Shown here one piece after another: positions 1-15,177 of a stretch of 64,000 nt of DNA. Positions within the stretch are counted from its first letter, which is position 1; every line of letters starts with the position of its first letter. Position numbers and translations under genes: made by a program. The notes under the pieces are model-generated. The model saw only the letters and a list, made by a program, of their open reading frames with translations. It made no database searches and was not told the DNA's origin. The stretch lies in NCBI RefSeq assembly GCF_009914755.1, contig NC_060936.1; one strand, written 5' to 3'. Origin of the DNA: the human T2T-CHM13v2.0 reference genome, Homo sapiens.

Positions 1-1000
1 GGAAGTTACTCTCCAGTATATGTAATTATTCCCATGAAGACAAATTCCTGCCCCTTCCATAATGTAGTGGTCTGATATTATCAACCTGGGTGGCTGATAC
101 TTCCAAGAAATAGTGCCAAATAAGGGTTCAGTGTTGCCTTCCGTTTTAGAAATCTGGGCACTCAGCAGTGACAGTGGCAGATCAGCTGTGATGTGAGGAA
201 GTCCATGTTTATTTATTTCATTGCCTCTGTTCCTATTCCCATGGCCACTTTGTACATGAGACATTTACCCAAGCACAAACATGGCCAGTGTCTTAGCATG
301 CTCAACTGCTTTAACAAAACGCCGTAAACTGGGTTGTTTATAAACAGCAGAAATTTATTTCTCACAATTTTGGAGGCTGGGAAGTTCAAGATCAAGGTTC
401 TAGCAGACTCTGCGTCTGGTGAGAGCCTGTTTCCTGGTTCACAGAGGGCCACCTTCTGTGTCTTCATATGGTGGAAAGGGCTATGCAGCTCTCTGGGATT
501 TCTTTTATAAGGGCACTAATCCCATTCATAAGGGCACTTAACCTCCCTGGGGACTTAACCTCCCAGTGGCCTCACTTCCTAATACCATTCACATTGGTGA
601 TTAGGTTTCCACATATGAGTTTTGAAGGGACACAAATATTTAGACCATAGCAGCCAGGGAAGGAGGCTCACTACAACCAAGGGATAGGTCATCTTGGCCA
701 CCTCCTCATTTAGCTTTCTGTGAGGTAGATGTCCTCTGGGGGAACATTTATATGCTATTCAAATAGCCTCAAAGACTAGCCATTTTTAGAGGTCCATTAT
801 ATAACTTCCCTTTAGGTGATCTTGGCACCAACCTTCCAGGTCCCTGATAATTTGACCAACCCATTAGCCCCTGCCTGTGTATTTCAGGAAACCTCAACTT
901 ATCCCTTCTTTCATGTCAGTGGCCAACCAGATGTACTTCCTGAAGTTCTGTCTATGGGAAGATTTTCCTATGGCTTGCAGAGCCACCCCAGACAGATAAT
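1..1000 (-). mobile_element. Degraded ERV-L pol (RNase H to integrase) remnant, interrupted by a MaLR LTR
   Basis: Minus-strand peptides across frameshifts: [52 protein letters not shown]. These resemble ERV-L ANGLAGWSGTWK, AHEQSGHG, TAECP, QVDYIGPL, WKGQRFVLTGIDTYSG. The right boundary is approximate. Confidence 0.75.
289..652 (-). mobile_element. MaLR solo LTR (MST/MLT1A-like)
   Basis: TG...CA ends; 5-bp TSD GCCAG at 284-288 and 653-657; typical tttatttctcaca..tggaggctgggaagttcaagatcaagg core. Confidence 0.85.
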
Positions 1001-1639
1001 TCTTAAACCAGACCAGGCCACTGTCACCCTCTTTTCTCATCAAAGGGTCATAGGGAATACCCGGGGAGACCAGAGGTACGGTTTGAGGGAAAGGCGGGAA
1101 GCAGTAAGAAGTCTGACTCATCAGCTTTTGCAGAGAAGAGAAGTGCTGAGAATAGATCTGAGGGTGTGAGGGGATAAAGAATAACAGCTCACCCACGTCT
1201 GTGCAGTTCTTTACCCTAAAGTTTAAGTGAAATGATTCTTCATCAAGCTTCTTCTCACTTGATTTAAGAAAATCCTTAGAGATATAACAGCATCAATATT
1301 GCAAACCAATAAGGAAACAAAGCAATAGCTTAGCCCTTGACATATATTTCTGATAAGTAATGTATTTCATGGTCTTTCCTAAATGTACATGAGGTAGAAG
1401 TAGATATATCCAATATCTATACTTAATTGATTTTTGCCAGAAAGTCTATCTTGAAATGTGAGCTTCTGATAAATTCCTTCTATTTGTGCTTTTTTAGAAC
1501 AAGTTCCATTTTTATGTTGTCTTTGTCAGTGACGGAGGAAATCAGATCAATTTTTTAAAGTCAGTTTTTTATATAAGCATTACTGAAACTATTGAAATCT
1601 GAATATGGTGTTTTTAAAATAAACTGTGTTAAACTAATT

Positions 1640-1825
1640 TGTAATATCAGAAGTCAGGAAGGGAAGCATGAGGGGGCATCTAGGGGCTGGTAATGTTGTG
1701 TTTCCTCCTGTGGGTATTGGTTACCTGAGTTAATTTTTTTTTGTGAAATTACAACAAGCTGTGCACTTATGAAAGTTGTACTTTTCTATACATGTATTCT
1801 TATTCAATAAAAAGAAAAAAATGAA
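1640..1825 (+). mobile_element. Old L1M 3' end with AATAAA (1806-1811) and A-rich tail
   Basis: caagctgtgcacttatga...cttttctatacatgta...caataaaaag is typical of L1MC/ME 3' ends. Confidence 0.55.
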
Positions 1826-2044
1826 AGGTGCTCCATATAATGATGACCTTTTGGCAAACATTTCCATGAAATAGAAACTAGATGAAAAAATTTTATGAAA
1901 TGCTGCGTAATTAGTGGATTCTTCTGGCTAAACAGCCCATCAAAAACACTTACTAAAGACCTAGAATTATTAAAGACCTAAGAATGCAATGACTTGCATT
2001 AGATATAGCTGATAGGCCAGTGAGAAGGACAACATATCACAGAT

Positions 2045-3130
2045 TAATCAATTCATTCACAAAACGAAAACACTGAACACTTACTATGTGTCAGACACTA
2101 GTCTATATGCTTGAGGTTCCATGAGTAAGTAAATCATTCCATGTCCTTGTGGAACTGATGCCTAGTGAGGGGAGACAGCCAGCCAATTAACAATAAACAA
2201 TGAGTAAATTACATGATATGTTAGATTGATAAGGGATGCTTAAGAAAAAGAGCAGAGTGAGTAAGCATTGTGGGGAAGTTTGCAGTTTTAAATAGGCTGT
2301 TCAGATCGGCATCACTAAGAAGGTGATATTTATGCAAAGGTATAAAGGAGAAGATATTGGCCATATGGGTAGCTGGGGAAGAGAATCCAGGCAGAGGGAA
2401 TAGTGAGGCAGGAGAGAACCTGACAAGTTCAAGGCAAAAAAGCCAGTGTGATTAAGACAAAGTGAGAAAAAAGAAAAGGAGTTGATGTGAGGCCCGGGAA
2501 TCAATGTGGGGAAGGAGAATTCCAGGCTGCTGCAAGATTTCCATTTTCACTTTCAATGAAATGGGGCACCATTGCAGGAATTGGGCCAGAGAGTGGCATA
2601 AGCTGACAAATTTTGAAAGTATCTTGCAGCTGTTTTGAGTAGAGGCTGAAGAGGAGAAATAATCCAGGTGAAAAATGATGGTAGCTTGGACTAGACTGAT
2701 AGCAGTGGACATGTAAATAATGGTCAGAGTTTGAGTATATTTTGAACATTGACCCAACAGGATTTGTTGAAGGACTGGATACGAGATTTGAGGAAAGAGA
2801 AAAGTCACATTTGATTTTGAGGTCTTGATCCTGAACAAGGATGAAGCTGTCATTGACTCAGCTTCAGATCAGGGAGACTGTGGGCATAGGAGGATTGGAG
2901 AGGAAGATTAGAAATTCAGTGTTGGGCACATTAGGTTTGAAATGTGTATCAGACAGTCTAATAGAGAGGACAAGTAGGGAGTTAAGTAGAAGAGTTTAGA
3001 GTTTAGGATGAATGTATGAATACAAATGTAAATTTCACATTAATAGCCATAGAGATTATATTTATAAGACTAGATAATATAACACAGAAGAGAGTACATA
3101 ATAGAGACAAGAACCAAAGACTAAGGCCTG
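2045..3130 (-). mobile_element. L2 fragment
   Basis: Reverse L2 3' end (attcattcac...cacttactatgtgtcagacact) followed by a purine-rich L2-like body. Confidence 0.6.
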
Positions 3131-6100
3131 GAGCACTACCAGAGAAGCACCCAATAATATAGAAAGAAAGAACAGCCAGTTCCATCCCAGAGTATTTCAA
3201 GTCTGCAACAGGACTAGTTGACTTAACACCACTTGCCACTGTAATAATTACTTCCCAGGAAAATAAGTCCAAGGATATTTTTCCAGTTTCTATGCCAAGC
3301 CATGATAATGATTAATTGCACAGTACCTGGCACATGGTAAGAGCTTCCTAATTATTACAAGTTGTTGAATGAATTATTTCAGGGCTCTGGGAATAAGCCA
3401 AAATCTCTTGAGACTTGAGCCTTTATTAGAGAGACCTGATATATGAGACACATTTAGGGCCTTTCCCTTTTGGGCTCTCCAGGAATATTGAGGACCAGAT
3501 ATATCAAGGTGATCCAACCTGAAACTAAACTGGAAGCCAGCAGGCTGCTCCATGCAAATCATCTGTGTTTCCTTCCTAATCAATTCTATCTGTTGTTTTT
3601 TTTTTTTTTCCTTGAACATCTATCCTTCTGCCTCAGAGCCTTTGGACTTGCTGTTCTCTTAGTCTGGATCATCTACTCCTTTGAATAGCTCATTGTCTCT
3701 CTTTACTGAAGTTTCAGTTTAAATTCACCTCTTCAGAGAAGCCTACGACTACTGTTGATCACTAGTGATCATTGTTTGGCCTCAGCCTACACTAGTCTCT
3801 TCCACTTATCTTTCTCTTTATACCACTTACTACTGCCTGCCATGGTATTATATTTATTTGGTTGGTTGGTTATCCTCTGATTCTCCCACTAAAAGGCAGT
3901 CTCCCTGAGACAGGGATTTATTTTGTTCTTCTTCCATCCGCAATATGTAGATCTAGAACAAAGCCTCGCCACTAGCAGGAAACTTGATAAATGTTGGTTT
4001 ATGAATGAATCCACTCTCTCAGATCTGTTCCAGATACCACTGGACCAGTTAAAAATTATATGGATTTCCCACCATGTGGAAAGATTATTATTCAGCATAA
4101 GTAAAAGTGAAGAACACGTGATCCCAAACCCACAAAAGCCTGCAATCCGGTTGCTCTAGGTTAGACTGTTAGGCTGATAGCAGTTTACTTCCCATAATTC
4201 TATTTCCTGCCAGGCTCCCGAGAGGAGAGACAGTGCTTTGGGTGAAGAACAACACTCATTTTAGCAGAGGTTCCATGGTGTTTTCCATGAGAGTCATCTC
4301 TGGGCAAACAATGTAAGCTTCAAAGTAAATTTAGTTTCTCATCTGGGATGAATAACTTGTAATTGTGTCTTATAAATTGTACCCAGCAATCCTTTTCTCA
4401 CCCCTAGCCCTTGAAGATTGGAGGAAATGGTGTTTCTGACTACACCAGTAACAGGATGGGAGCTTATTTTAAAGACACTTGTAGGAAAGGCTTTGGAGAA
4501 AAACTAGCTTATCGGGAGACTCCTAATTCAGGATCTTATATCCTTGATTAAACTCTGACTTTTACAATTTCCCAAAGTACACACACACACACACGCACAC
4601 CAGAATTAACTGATTCAGAATGAAACCAGCTAACACAGTGGCGCATTGTGTAGAGGTTGATCTCTATTGTGACCTAACTCCATGGACTACATGGAGTTAT
4701 AAGAACCAAAACTAGGTATTTGTGTGACCAAAAGATAAGGAAATTAAGAATACCTAAGGCTATTAAAGGAAAAAAAATAAGAAGGTAAGCAATAAGAAAA
4801 GCTTTCAGAGTCTCACAGCTCAGTCCTCTGTTAGGAGGTAAAAGTTTTATTTCTGTCTCAAGCGTAGGCTTAGGCAAACCCAAGTCTTGCTCTTTGTGGT
4901 GGGCTTATGAGCAGGGTGAATGGAAAAAGGGAAATTCCTGGCAAGCTCTGGCTTGGAGATGGTACAAAAAAACCTCAGTAAGTATAGTGTATTTCCTTCT
5001 TTCCTGAATCCATACTAACTTGCCCAGTAAAACTTTCTTTAGTCCTTTACTGATTCCAAGACTTATTTTAATTTTTGCCTTTCAATTCTTATTTCCTTTC
5101 CCACAGATGGTACTGGCTAAAACAGAAGCCTGTAAAAGTAAAGCTTAAAAGACGTTCTTTCCTTTTTTTGGCTTTAAAATGTTTCACATGACTACATGAT
5201 AGTCCCACCTCATCCACCCACACTTACATTTTTCCTCTTCCTAGCATTAATAGGTCTAAACATGCAGTTAGGCAGGAAATTTAGAATAAGAAACTTTATT
5301 ATTTTCTTGCCTCTTAGAGGAGTTTTCAAAAAAATATTGGAGGGGTTCTGATTCCAGGTACAACGGAGTAAGTGTACTCACACCACCCTGTTCCTCCCAC
5401 TGAATGCGGCTAAAAAACCTGGGCAGAATAAGTGGAGCATCTGAGGACTCTGAAAAGTAAATAATAGCAGGCAGATTGGAGATGAAGACCAAAATGGTGA
5501 GTGTGTCATCTTTTCCCCTCCAGTTTCCTTTGAAATGAACACAAGACTGCCTGAAACCCAACATAGATACTAAGACACAGAGAGAGCTCAGGTGGGATCC
5601 TCCAATTATGGCTCGTAGAGTGGGAAAGGAATGCCTAGCACTAGGAGATGAAAACAATTATTTTAATTTTTTCCCCTTTTCCCCAGTCTTTTATTTATGT
5701 TAGCCCCTACTAATTACTGCAGTGGTAGCAATAACAGGAGCACATGGGAGTCACAACTGAGAAAGAGGAACATGCCTCTCCAGTTGGAGGAGCTGTGGCC
5801 CAGAGAGGGTGCGGCAAACTCCTGTGGCTTTTTCTACCTCCATGTTCCCTCATCACTTGATCTGAGATGTGGGGACAGTTTCAGAAAGTGCACAACAAAG
5901 TAAGGCTACCAGAAACCCAGATTTCTGACCAGAGAACAAGGTGAGAGCCCCAGGACACCAAGGGGTACTAAGGAGATCACAGAGAAAAAGGGATTCAGGA
6001 TTATAGCCCTTAAAATTGTTTATGAGCTCTTGGGCTCACCCTTGATTTGGAAAGGCACAGATCTGATGCTACCCAACATAGGCATAAAGAACTGAACCAA

Positions 6101-6667
6101 AAGACTGTCCACTGCCCAGATCTTTGGCTTGAGACTGGGGAGGCACATACATGAGACAGATTTGAGCAGGACTACAAAGTCTTTATAAAACAGACTAGCA
6201 TTGGAATCTTAACCCACAAATGGCTGGTCAGAATTTATGAGCTGAACCCATTGTGTCAATTACCTGCTAAAACAAAAATATAAACATTCTTTGCAGGAGT
6301 TAAACAAGACCCCACATCTTATAACATGTCATTCAAAACGTCTAGAATACAATCCACAAGTGTGCAGCATGCAAAGAACCAGGAAGATCATGACTCACTT
6401 AGGAACTAGCTGACAAAGACTTGCTAGCAGAGCTATTGTAAAAATGCTCCACCAAGTAAGGAAATAAAATCTTATATAGGTGGAATAACAGAATGTCTCA
6501 GCAAAGAAGTAGAAGATTTAAAGAAGAACTGTCTGAAATGTTAGAACTGAAAAATATAACTTAAAGAAACTCACTGGATAGGCTCAATAGCAGAAAAAAA
6601 TTAACAAAGAAAAAAGTGTACTTGGAGATAGATCAATAGAAAGTATTGAATTTGCATAACAGAGAGA

Positions 6668-7006
<339 letters not shown>

Positions 7007-7602
7007 TCACTGATAGCAGTTGTATCTTAAAAGAGCTAAAAGGGGTTCTTCAGACAGAAGTGAAATGATCCTAGAAGGAAACTTGTGATGCAGAAGGAAG
7101 AGCAACAGACATGGCAAGTATATTGGAAAATAGGTTATTCTTCTTTTATGAATATTTTAACATATGCTTGATGGTTGAAAAATTATAACATTGCCTGGTA
7201 GAGTTTTCAATGTATATAAATATAATAAGACAACTACAACACAAAGCAGGGAGGGAAAATAAATCTGCATGGTGGTAAGGTTTCTATAGTCCATGTAGTA
7301 AAATATGGATTCGAAGTAAATTTTGGAAAGTTAAGTATATGCATTGAAACTATAAGACTTAACTAAAGCAGTGCTTAGAGGAAATTTACAGTTTCAAATC
7401 AATCATCAGAATTTTCAATTCAAGAAATTAGAGAAAAGAAGATTAAAATAATCCCAAAGCAATCAGAAGGAAAAAATAAATAAATATAAGAGCCCAGTCC
7501 ATGAAACCAAAACCAGAAAAACGATAGAAAAGTCAATGAAACCAATAGCTGGTTCTTTAAAGTATGTATATTTAAAGAACCAGAATACATACACATATTT
7601 TA

Positions 7603-8045
<443 letters not shown>

Positions 8046-9466
8046 TCACTAGACTCCACAGACACGAAAAGGATAAGAGAATGCTATGAACAACTGTACA
8101 CATGTAAATTTGGCAACTTAGAAAAACTATACCAATTCATAAAAAACCATAAAACTACCACCACTTACCCAAGGTGAAATAGATAACCTAAAAAGCCTTA
8201 TAACTATTAAAGGAATTAATTCCTAGTTAATAACTTTCAAAAAAAGGAAATTTCCAGGTGTAGACTGTTTCACTGGTAAATACTACCAAACATGTGAAGA
8301 ACAAATAACACCAATTCTACAAAATCTCTTCAGAAAAGAGAAGAGGAAGAAATACTACCTAATTCATTTTAGGGGCCAGCATCACCTGATATAACAACTA
8401 AAGACAGTATAAGAAAACTACAAACCATTATTGCTCATGACAACAGATGAAAAATCCTCAATATATTCAAATCCAACAACAGATAAAAAGAATAATAAAC
8501 CACACCAAATGGAATTTATATTGTGAATTCATGATCTAACGTTAAATATCAGTCAATGCAATTCACCATATTAACAGCATAAAGAATAAAAAAAAAACTC
8601 ACGTGGATCACAGATATAAATAGAAAATGTACACCTGTAAAACTTTTAGAAGAAAACAGGATAAAAATCTTTTATGACTTTGGGTTAAGGAAAGAGTTTT
8701 TAGTCATGACAACAAAAGCACAATCCATAAAGGAAGAAACTGACATGTTGGATTTCACCAGAATTAAAAACTTTTGCACTGCAAAAGACATTGTTAAGAG
8801 TGTGAAAATAAAAGCTACAGATGGAATAAAATATATATGCAAATCACATTTCCAACAAAGGACTTTTATCCAGAATATATAAAGAATTCTTAAATCTTAA
8901 CAAGAAAACAATCCAGTTTTTAAATGGATAAAGCATTCAATAGATACTTTACCAAAGAGGATGTATAGATGGTAAATAAATCCATGAAAAAATGTCCAAC
9001 ATCACTAGCCATTAGGAAAATGCAAATTAAAGCCATAATTACACACCCATTACTAAGGCTAAAATAAAATTTAAAAAAAAAAATGAAATACCAAGTGGTA
9101 GCAAGAATGCTGAGCCACTGGGACTCTCAAACTTTCCTGGTGAGAATGTAAAATAATACAGGTACTCTGGAAAAAAGTTTGTCAACTTTTAAATGAAGTT
9201 CAACATATATCCGCCACCATATCCAGCAATCTTACCCCTTAGGTATTTAGCATAGAGAAATAAATAAGTTTACAAAATAACCCCTTATAGAGAAACGTTT
9301 ATATAATAGCTCTATTAATAATTACCACAAACAAAACAACCCAAATTCCTTCAACTGGTGAATAAATTTAGTACATGTAAATAATGAAATACAATTCAAC
9401 AATATAAAGAAACCAACTACTGAATCATGCAACAACTTGAGTGAATCTCAAAGGCATTAAGCTGAG

Positions 9467-9822
9467 TGTACTAGTCTATTCTCATGCTGCTAATAAAGAC
9501 ATACCTGAGACTGGGTAATTTATAAAGGAAAGAGATTTAATTGACTCACACTTCCACATGGCTGGGGAGGCCTCACAATCATGGCAGAAGGCAAATGAGG
9601 AGCAAAGTCACATCTTACACAGTTACAGGCAAGAGAACTTGTGCAGGGGAACACCCACTTATCAAACCATCAGATCTCATGAGACTTATTCACTACCATG
9701 AGAACAGTATGGGGGAATCCACCCCCATGATTCAATTATCTCCACCTGGCCCTGCCCTTGGCATGTGGGGATTACTACAATTCAAGGTGAGATTTGGGTA
9801 GGGACACAGCCAAACCATATCA
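9467..9822 (-). mobile_element. THE1 solo LTR (MaLR)
   Basis: 356 bp; the reverse complement starts TGATATGGTTTGGCTGTGTCCC; 5-bp TSD CTGAG at 9462-9466 and 9823-9827. Confidence 0.92.
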
Positions 9823-10109
9823 CTGAGTGAAAGGAAGCCAGTCTCAAAAGGTTACATACTACATGATTCCATTTATATTAAATTTTCTGAAAGACAAAAC
9901 CATAGTGATAGACAACAGATCAATGATTCGTGATCTGTTAGGAATTAGGGGTAGGAGAGGAATGGAATGACAAAGGGATAACACGAGGGAGCTTTCTGGG
10001 GTGATTGAACTGTTCTGCATCTTGATTGTGATGGAATCACACATCAATTTATACATGAATTACACGTGAATTTACATGAATTTATACACGTGTCAAAATG
10101 TATAGAACT

Positions 10110-10370
10110 GGGCCAGGTGTGGTGGCTCATGCCCATAATCCCAGCACTTTGGGAGGCTGATGGGAGAGGATTGCTTGAGGCCAGGGGTTCAAGACCAGCC
10201 TGGGCTACATAGCAAGACCACATGTCTACTGGCAATAAAAAATTAGCTGGTGTGTTGGCACGCAGGTTGAGGAAGGAGGATTGCTTGAGCCTAAGAGGTC
10301 ATGGCTAGAGTGAGCTATGATTGCACTGCTGCACTGTAGCCCAGGTAACAGAGTAAGACCATGTTCTGCA
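10110..10370 (+). mobile_element. Alu (AluJ-like, internal deletion)
   Basis: ggattgcttgaggcc and gagctatgattgcac diagnostics. Confidence 0.85.
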
Positions 10371-10440
10371 CAACATCCCCACAACACCACAAAATTATAG
10401 AAATAAACGTACAGATAAGGTCAATTTTGCTGTATGTTAA

Positions 10441-10741
<301 letters not shown>

Positions 10742-11753
10742 TGTTAATTTTTTAAAATAAGACTAGAAAAACTAAAAGATTGCATAGATACTGTATATAA
10801 AACAGGCAAAAAAAGCATTGTTTTATTCAGTTTTTCTCTTACATTTATCTGGGGTAGAAAACAGTTTAGGCAATGTCCTTTCAGATTTAATAATCTACAG
10901 GTTTGTTCATTCCCAACTCCCATGAAAGCAGCCATGAAATTTGAGTCATCCAGTGTAGATGTGGATCAGATTGCTAAGGAAGAGGACGGGCTATCAGAAA
11001 GTTAATGACTTGGCCAGATGCCATCATTTAAAGGAACAAAGAGGACATTCAAAACTTAATGGAAGTATTCAGTCCATGAGACAAGAAGACATGCTTTCAT
11101 TTTAATCAGCTTTTCCTGCATTATGTTCCATGAGTTTGGTACGCCAGCAAATTACCAACTTCAGGTTCTTAAGCTCACAGGAAAGAGAAACCATTACTTT
11201 TCCATGTTTTTCGAAACAGAACTGTCTGTACGCAACAGAATTGGGACTCCAAGACCAAAGTAAGACTATAAGTCTGCGGATTTATTTATTTATTTATTTA
11301 TTTCTGGCTAGGTTGAGGCTTCCTCAAAACTTACCTGCCTTGAGCACAGTTGTTCCCAGCTCTTAGCACATAATAGATGCTTATTTTGAGCTTATCGGAT
11401 TGAATTGAATATTAGGAGGTGGCTTTGACTTGCTGGGATTATTTTTAGGATCCTTAGTTCCAGACTGGGTTAGCAGTTGTAGTAAAAATAAGAGGACGAT
11501 ACCTGAGTAGAAAAAAAGAGGGTCTTGGTGAGATGCTTTTCATGGTTAGAATATGGTATCCCAGATCAGAAAAGAGAGAGGCATCAATTGGAATCCCATC
11601 AATGTAAGTCAGGAAAATTGGCCTTGACTTCAGACTGGGGACTGGCTTTCCAGCACTCACAGAGGACATGGCCACAGGGATAGCAGAGGCAGGTGTAGAC
11701 TGGTGAGCCACCATGAGGAGCAGAGGGAGGTACCCTTTGAAAATATCAGAATT

Positions 11754-12045
11754 GGCCAGGTGCAGTGGCTCACGCTTATAATCCCAGCACTTTGGGAGGT
11801 CAAGGCGGGAGGATCGCTTGAGGCCAGAAGTTTGAGATCAGTCCGGCCAACATGGCAAAACCCCATCTCTACTAAAAATATAAAAATTAGCTGGGCTTGG
11901 TGACCCATGCCTGTAATCCCAGCTACTCAAGAGGCTGAGGCATGAGAATAGCTGGAACCCAGGAGGTGGAGTTTGCAGTGAGCTGACCACACTCCAGCCT
12001 GGGTGACAGAGCAAGACTCTGTCTCAAAAGAAAAAAAAATGCAAA
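11754..12045 (+). mobile_element. Alu
   Basis: Alu consensus; TSD gaaaatatcaga. Confidence 0.9.
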
Positions 12046-12844
12046 AGAAAATATCAGAGTGACCTGGGAACTTGCTTTAGCTTGGCTTGGTCAGCTTTCC
12101 ATGTTACCTCAGAAAAAGTAGGGGTATTGTAAGAATACACATGCATTTCTTCTGGAAACTGCTCAGGAACTGAAGCAACACCAGCTTAGACCTACACTGC
12201 CACACTTGGCTATTTGCTGCATTTTCTTCTCTCTACTCACCAGCCTCTTCTGCTTATATATTTGCTCCTGTTAACACTGCTAAGAGGCAGATCTCTTAGC
12301 ATTTTCTAGTTCCAGTGGGTTGCAGAATCTTACTGAACCATTGTAATACGTCACTGCCTAACGAATTGAACGGTTGCCCTTGGGGTTCACCATGACTGTA
12401 GCTGGGATCACAAGGAACAAACCCAACCACAACAGATCAGGGGATAGGGATAGGGAAGTTCCCTTCACAAGGGGTGTGAGGGGCAGGAGCTGATATTTCA
12501 AGGAAGAATTCCTCTAGACTTGGGGGCTAAGGCTGATGTACTTCATGATACCCTTCTTATTCATTTATGTTACACTGGAGTTGAAGGGAGTGGTAAGGGC
12601 AGTGGCTTTCTTTAATCTAGAAAGACACACTCACAGAGAATTACTATAGAACATAGCTTGTGTTGTTGGCTGGGCACTCATAGGTCCCACACAGAGATGG
12701 CATGTTGCTTTCTTGGCATTTAAAGTGCCCTGGCATTTAAGGTGCTGCATATATCTTTTGGAGAGACAGCATGTGTTGGCTAAGAGCATGAGTTTAGGCT
12801 GCTTGAGTTTCAATTTCAGCATGGCCACTTGTTTTGTGATTCTG

Positions 12845-13163
12845 GTTTTTTCTTTTTTTTGAAACAGGATCTCCCTCAGTTACCCAGGCTGGAATACAGT
12901 GGCAACATAATCATTCACTGTAGCCTCAGAGCCTTGACCTCCCTGGCTCAAACGATCCTCCCACCTCAGCCTCCCAAGTAGCAGGGACTATAGGCATGTG
13001 CCACCATGCCCAGCTAATTTTTTTTTAATTGTCAGTAAAGACGGTTAGTAGAGATGCTGTCTCATTACGTTGTGCAGGCGAGTCTCTAACTCAGCTCAAG
13101 CGATCTTTCTGCCTCAGCTTCCTAAAGTCCTGGGATTACAAGCACAAGCCACTACGCCTGGCC
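12845..13163 (-). mobile_element. Alu (AluJ-like) inserted in a MIR
   Basis: Reverse AluJ; TSD tttgtgatt; MIR-like flanks at about 12765-12840 and 13165-13235. Confidence 0.85.
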
Positions 13164-15177
13164 TGCTTTGTGATTTTTGAATCAACAGCTTCACCCTCTG
13201 AACTTCCATTTTCTTAGTTATAAATTGGAGACAATTACTTTTTGTTGTTTAAAACAGAATTCCGATCATGTTGCTCTACTACCTAAAATCCTGCATGGCT
13301 TCTCATTGCTCAGAATAAAATCCCATTGAAACCTACACTTTGAATGATTACCTGAATTGCCCTCTTACCCTTTATTTTCATTTATTCATTTATTGATTTA
13401 ACAATTATTTATGTGTATGTTCTAGACCAGGCACTGTTGATAGATCATTGAACCAAGCTAAGTTACTGCCACCTTACTTGACAGAAAAGTATGCAATAAA
13501 TACGTAGACAAATTAAAATATACTACAATGTTAGGTGCCATGGTTCACTCATGAAAATATCAAGCAGATTGAGGTAGAGAGAGCTACTTTAGGCGGAGTG
13601 GCCAGGGAGGCGTCCCTATAGAACGCCTCAAATGTCAAAATGACATTTGAGGGGCATCTGCAGGAGGTAAGGAGGTGAGTGAGCCGTGTCACTATGAGAA
13701 ACAGTGTTCCTGGCAAGAGAGCAGAAGATCAAAGGCCCAGCAGCAGAGGTATGGCTGGCATGTTGCCGTACTTACCCGACCAAACATCTGATGGTACAAC
13801 CTGTCATTGTCGTCCCTACACCTGATCGCCTGATCAGCCCAATGCTATTAGAGGAACACATGCCACCAGGCCGACTGTGACACTGTAGCCTATTGTTTCA
13901 TCTCCCAATTGGGTTCTCAGAACACCTTCTATTGTTCTTAGCTCCCTCTCTCACTTGCTTGGCGGTTGTTCCAAACATTCACACCTCACTTAAGCCAAAA
14001 ATAAGAACAACAAAAGCCACAATGTTTTCTCATATTTTCTATGGTTCAGGCAATATGCTAAGTTGTTTTTCCCATACATTTATCATATTTAATCTTTACC
14101 TCAAACGTATAGGTTAAGTACTGTAATTTTATAGATGAGAAAACTGAAACTTAGAGAGGTGAAGCAACTTGACTGTAGATCCCACCAGTGACTGCTGGAG
14201 CTGAGGGTCACACCAGAGCAGGGGCTGTGCCGACCTAATCCGCATCCCAACCCCATCCCCATCAGCAAACTGTCTCATGTCATCCCCTACCCTCCTTGCT
14301 CAGAAAACCTGTCAGCATGAAAGCCTTTAGATTGCTTACATAGTTACCAAATTGAATCAACTCTGAGACTATTCATTTTAAGAAGCACCATTATTTCATG
14401 TAACACCAAGAGGTAAATGCTGCAGTTACACTATAAAACAATGCTAAGACCATTTCTATAAAACAGATGCTTCAAAGTGAAAATAAACTCTGTTCAACAA
14501 TTGATGGACTTTAAATACAGTACATCCATAGCCATCAAGGCCTTTTTCTTCCTGTGTCAAAAGGTAGGATGTCCCTCCTCAAGACTAAAATCCTCTTCCT
14601 ATGTTCTTTATTCTTTCTTTTCCTTGACCTGCTTTTCCTTGATTTTTTTCTTTCTCTCCATTTGTTTTCAACTCTACTTTCCTAAGAATGAAAACATCTT
14701 CAGGTCTCTTATCCTGAAAATCATGTGCTTGACTCATCCTACATCTCCTCTAGCAATTATTCTATTTTAAGTTTTCCCTTGTTATTCCTTCTTTCTTTCT
14801 GTCTGGTATTTATCTTGAGACCTATAAAGGATTTTACAAAGACAGCCTTGGTCCTAATTATATTAGATATTTTGGTCCCAATTATAAAGCCTAACATTTG
14901 TTTACAGCATCTTTGTTGAGGGCATATGTTGTATTTGTTTCTTCCCAGCAAACCTTTCATTGGAGAACAGTCTTCCCCCACACCATCCCATAGAAATACT
15001 GTTCACTATATCTGGTTCAGGAGGACTGACTCTCCCAACTCCTTTCTCCAGGAGTGGATACATGATCCAGGACTGGCCAGAATTCTACATCAAGGTGAGT
15101 TTTTGCTGCCTCATGGAAACGAGGCCAATCAAAATCCTGCCCTGAATTTTTCTCTAGGAGCTCTTGGGAAAGAGGTA

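Noticed and set aside
3756-3771. Perfect 16-bp palindrome TGATCACTAGTGATCA
   Set aside because: About one such palindrome is expected by chance in 64 kb (64000/4^8), and it lies in L2-like sequence.
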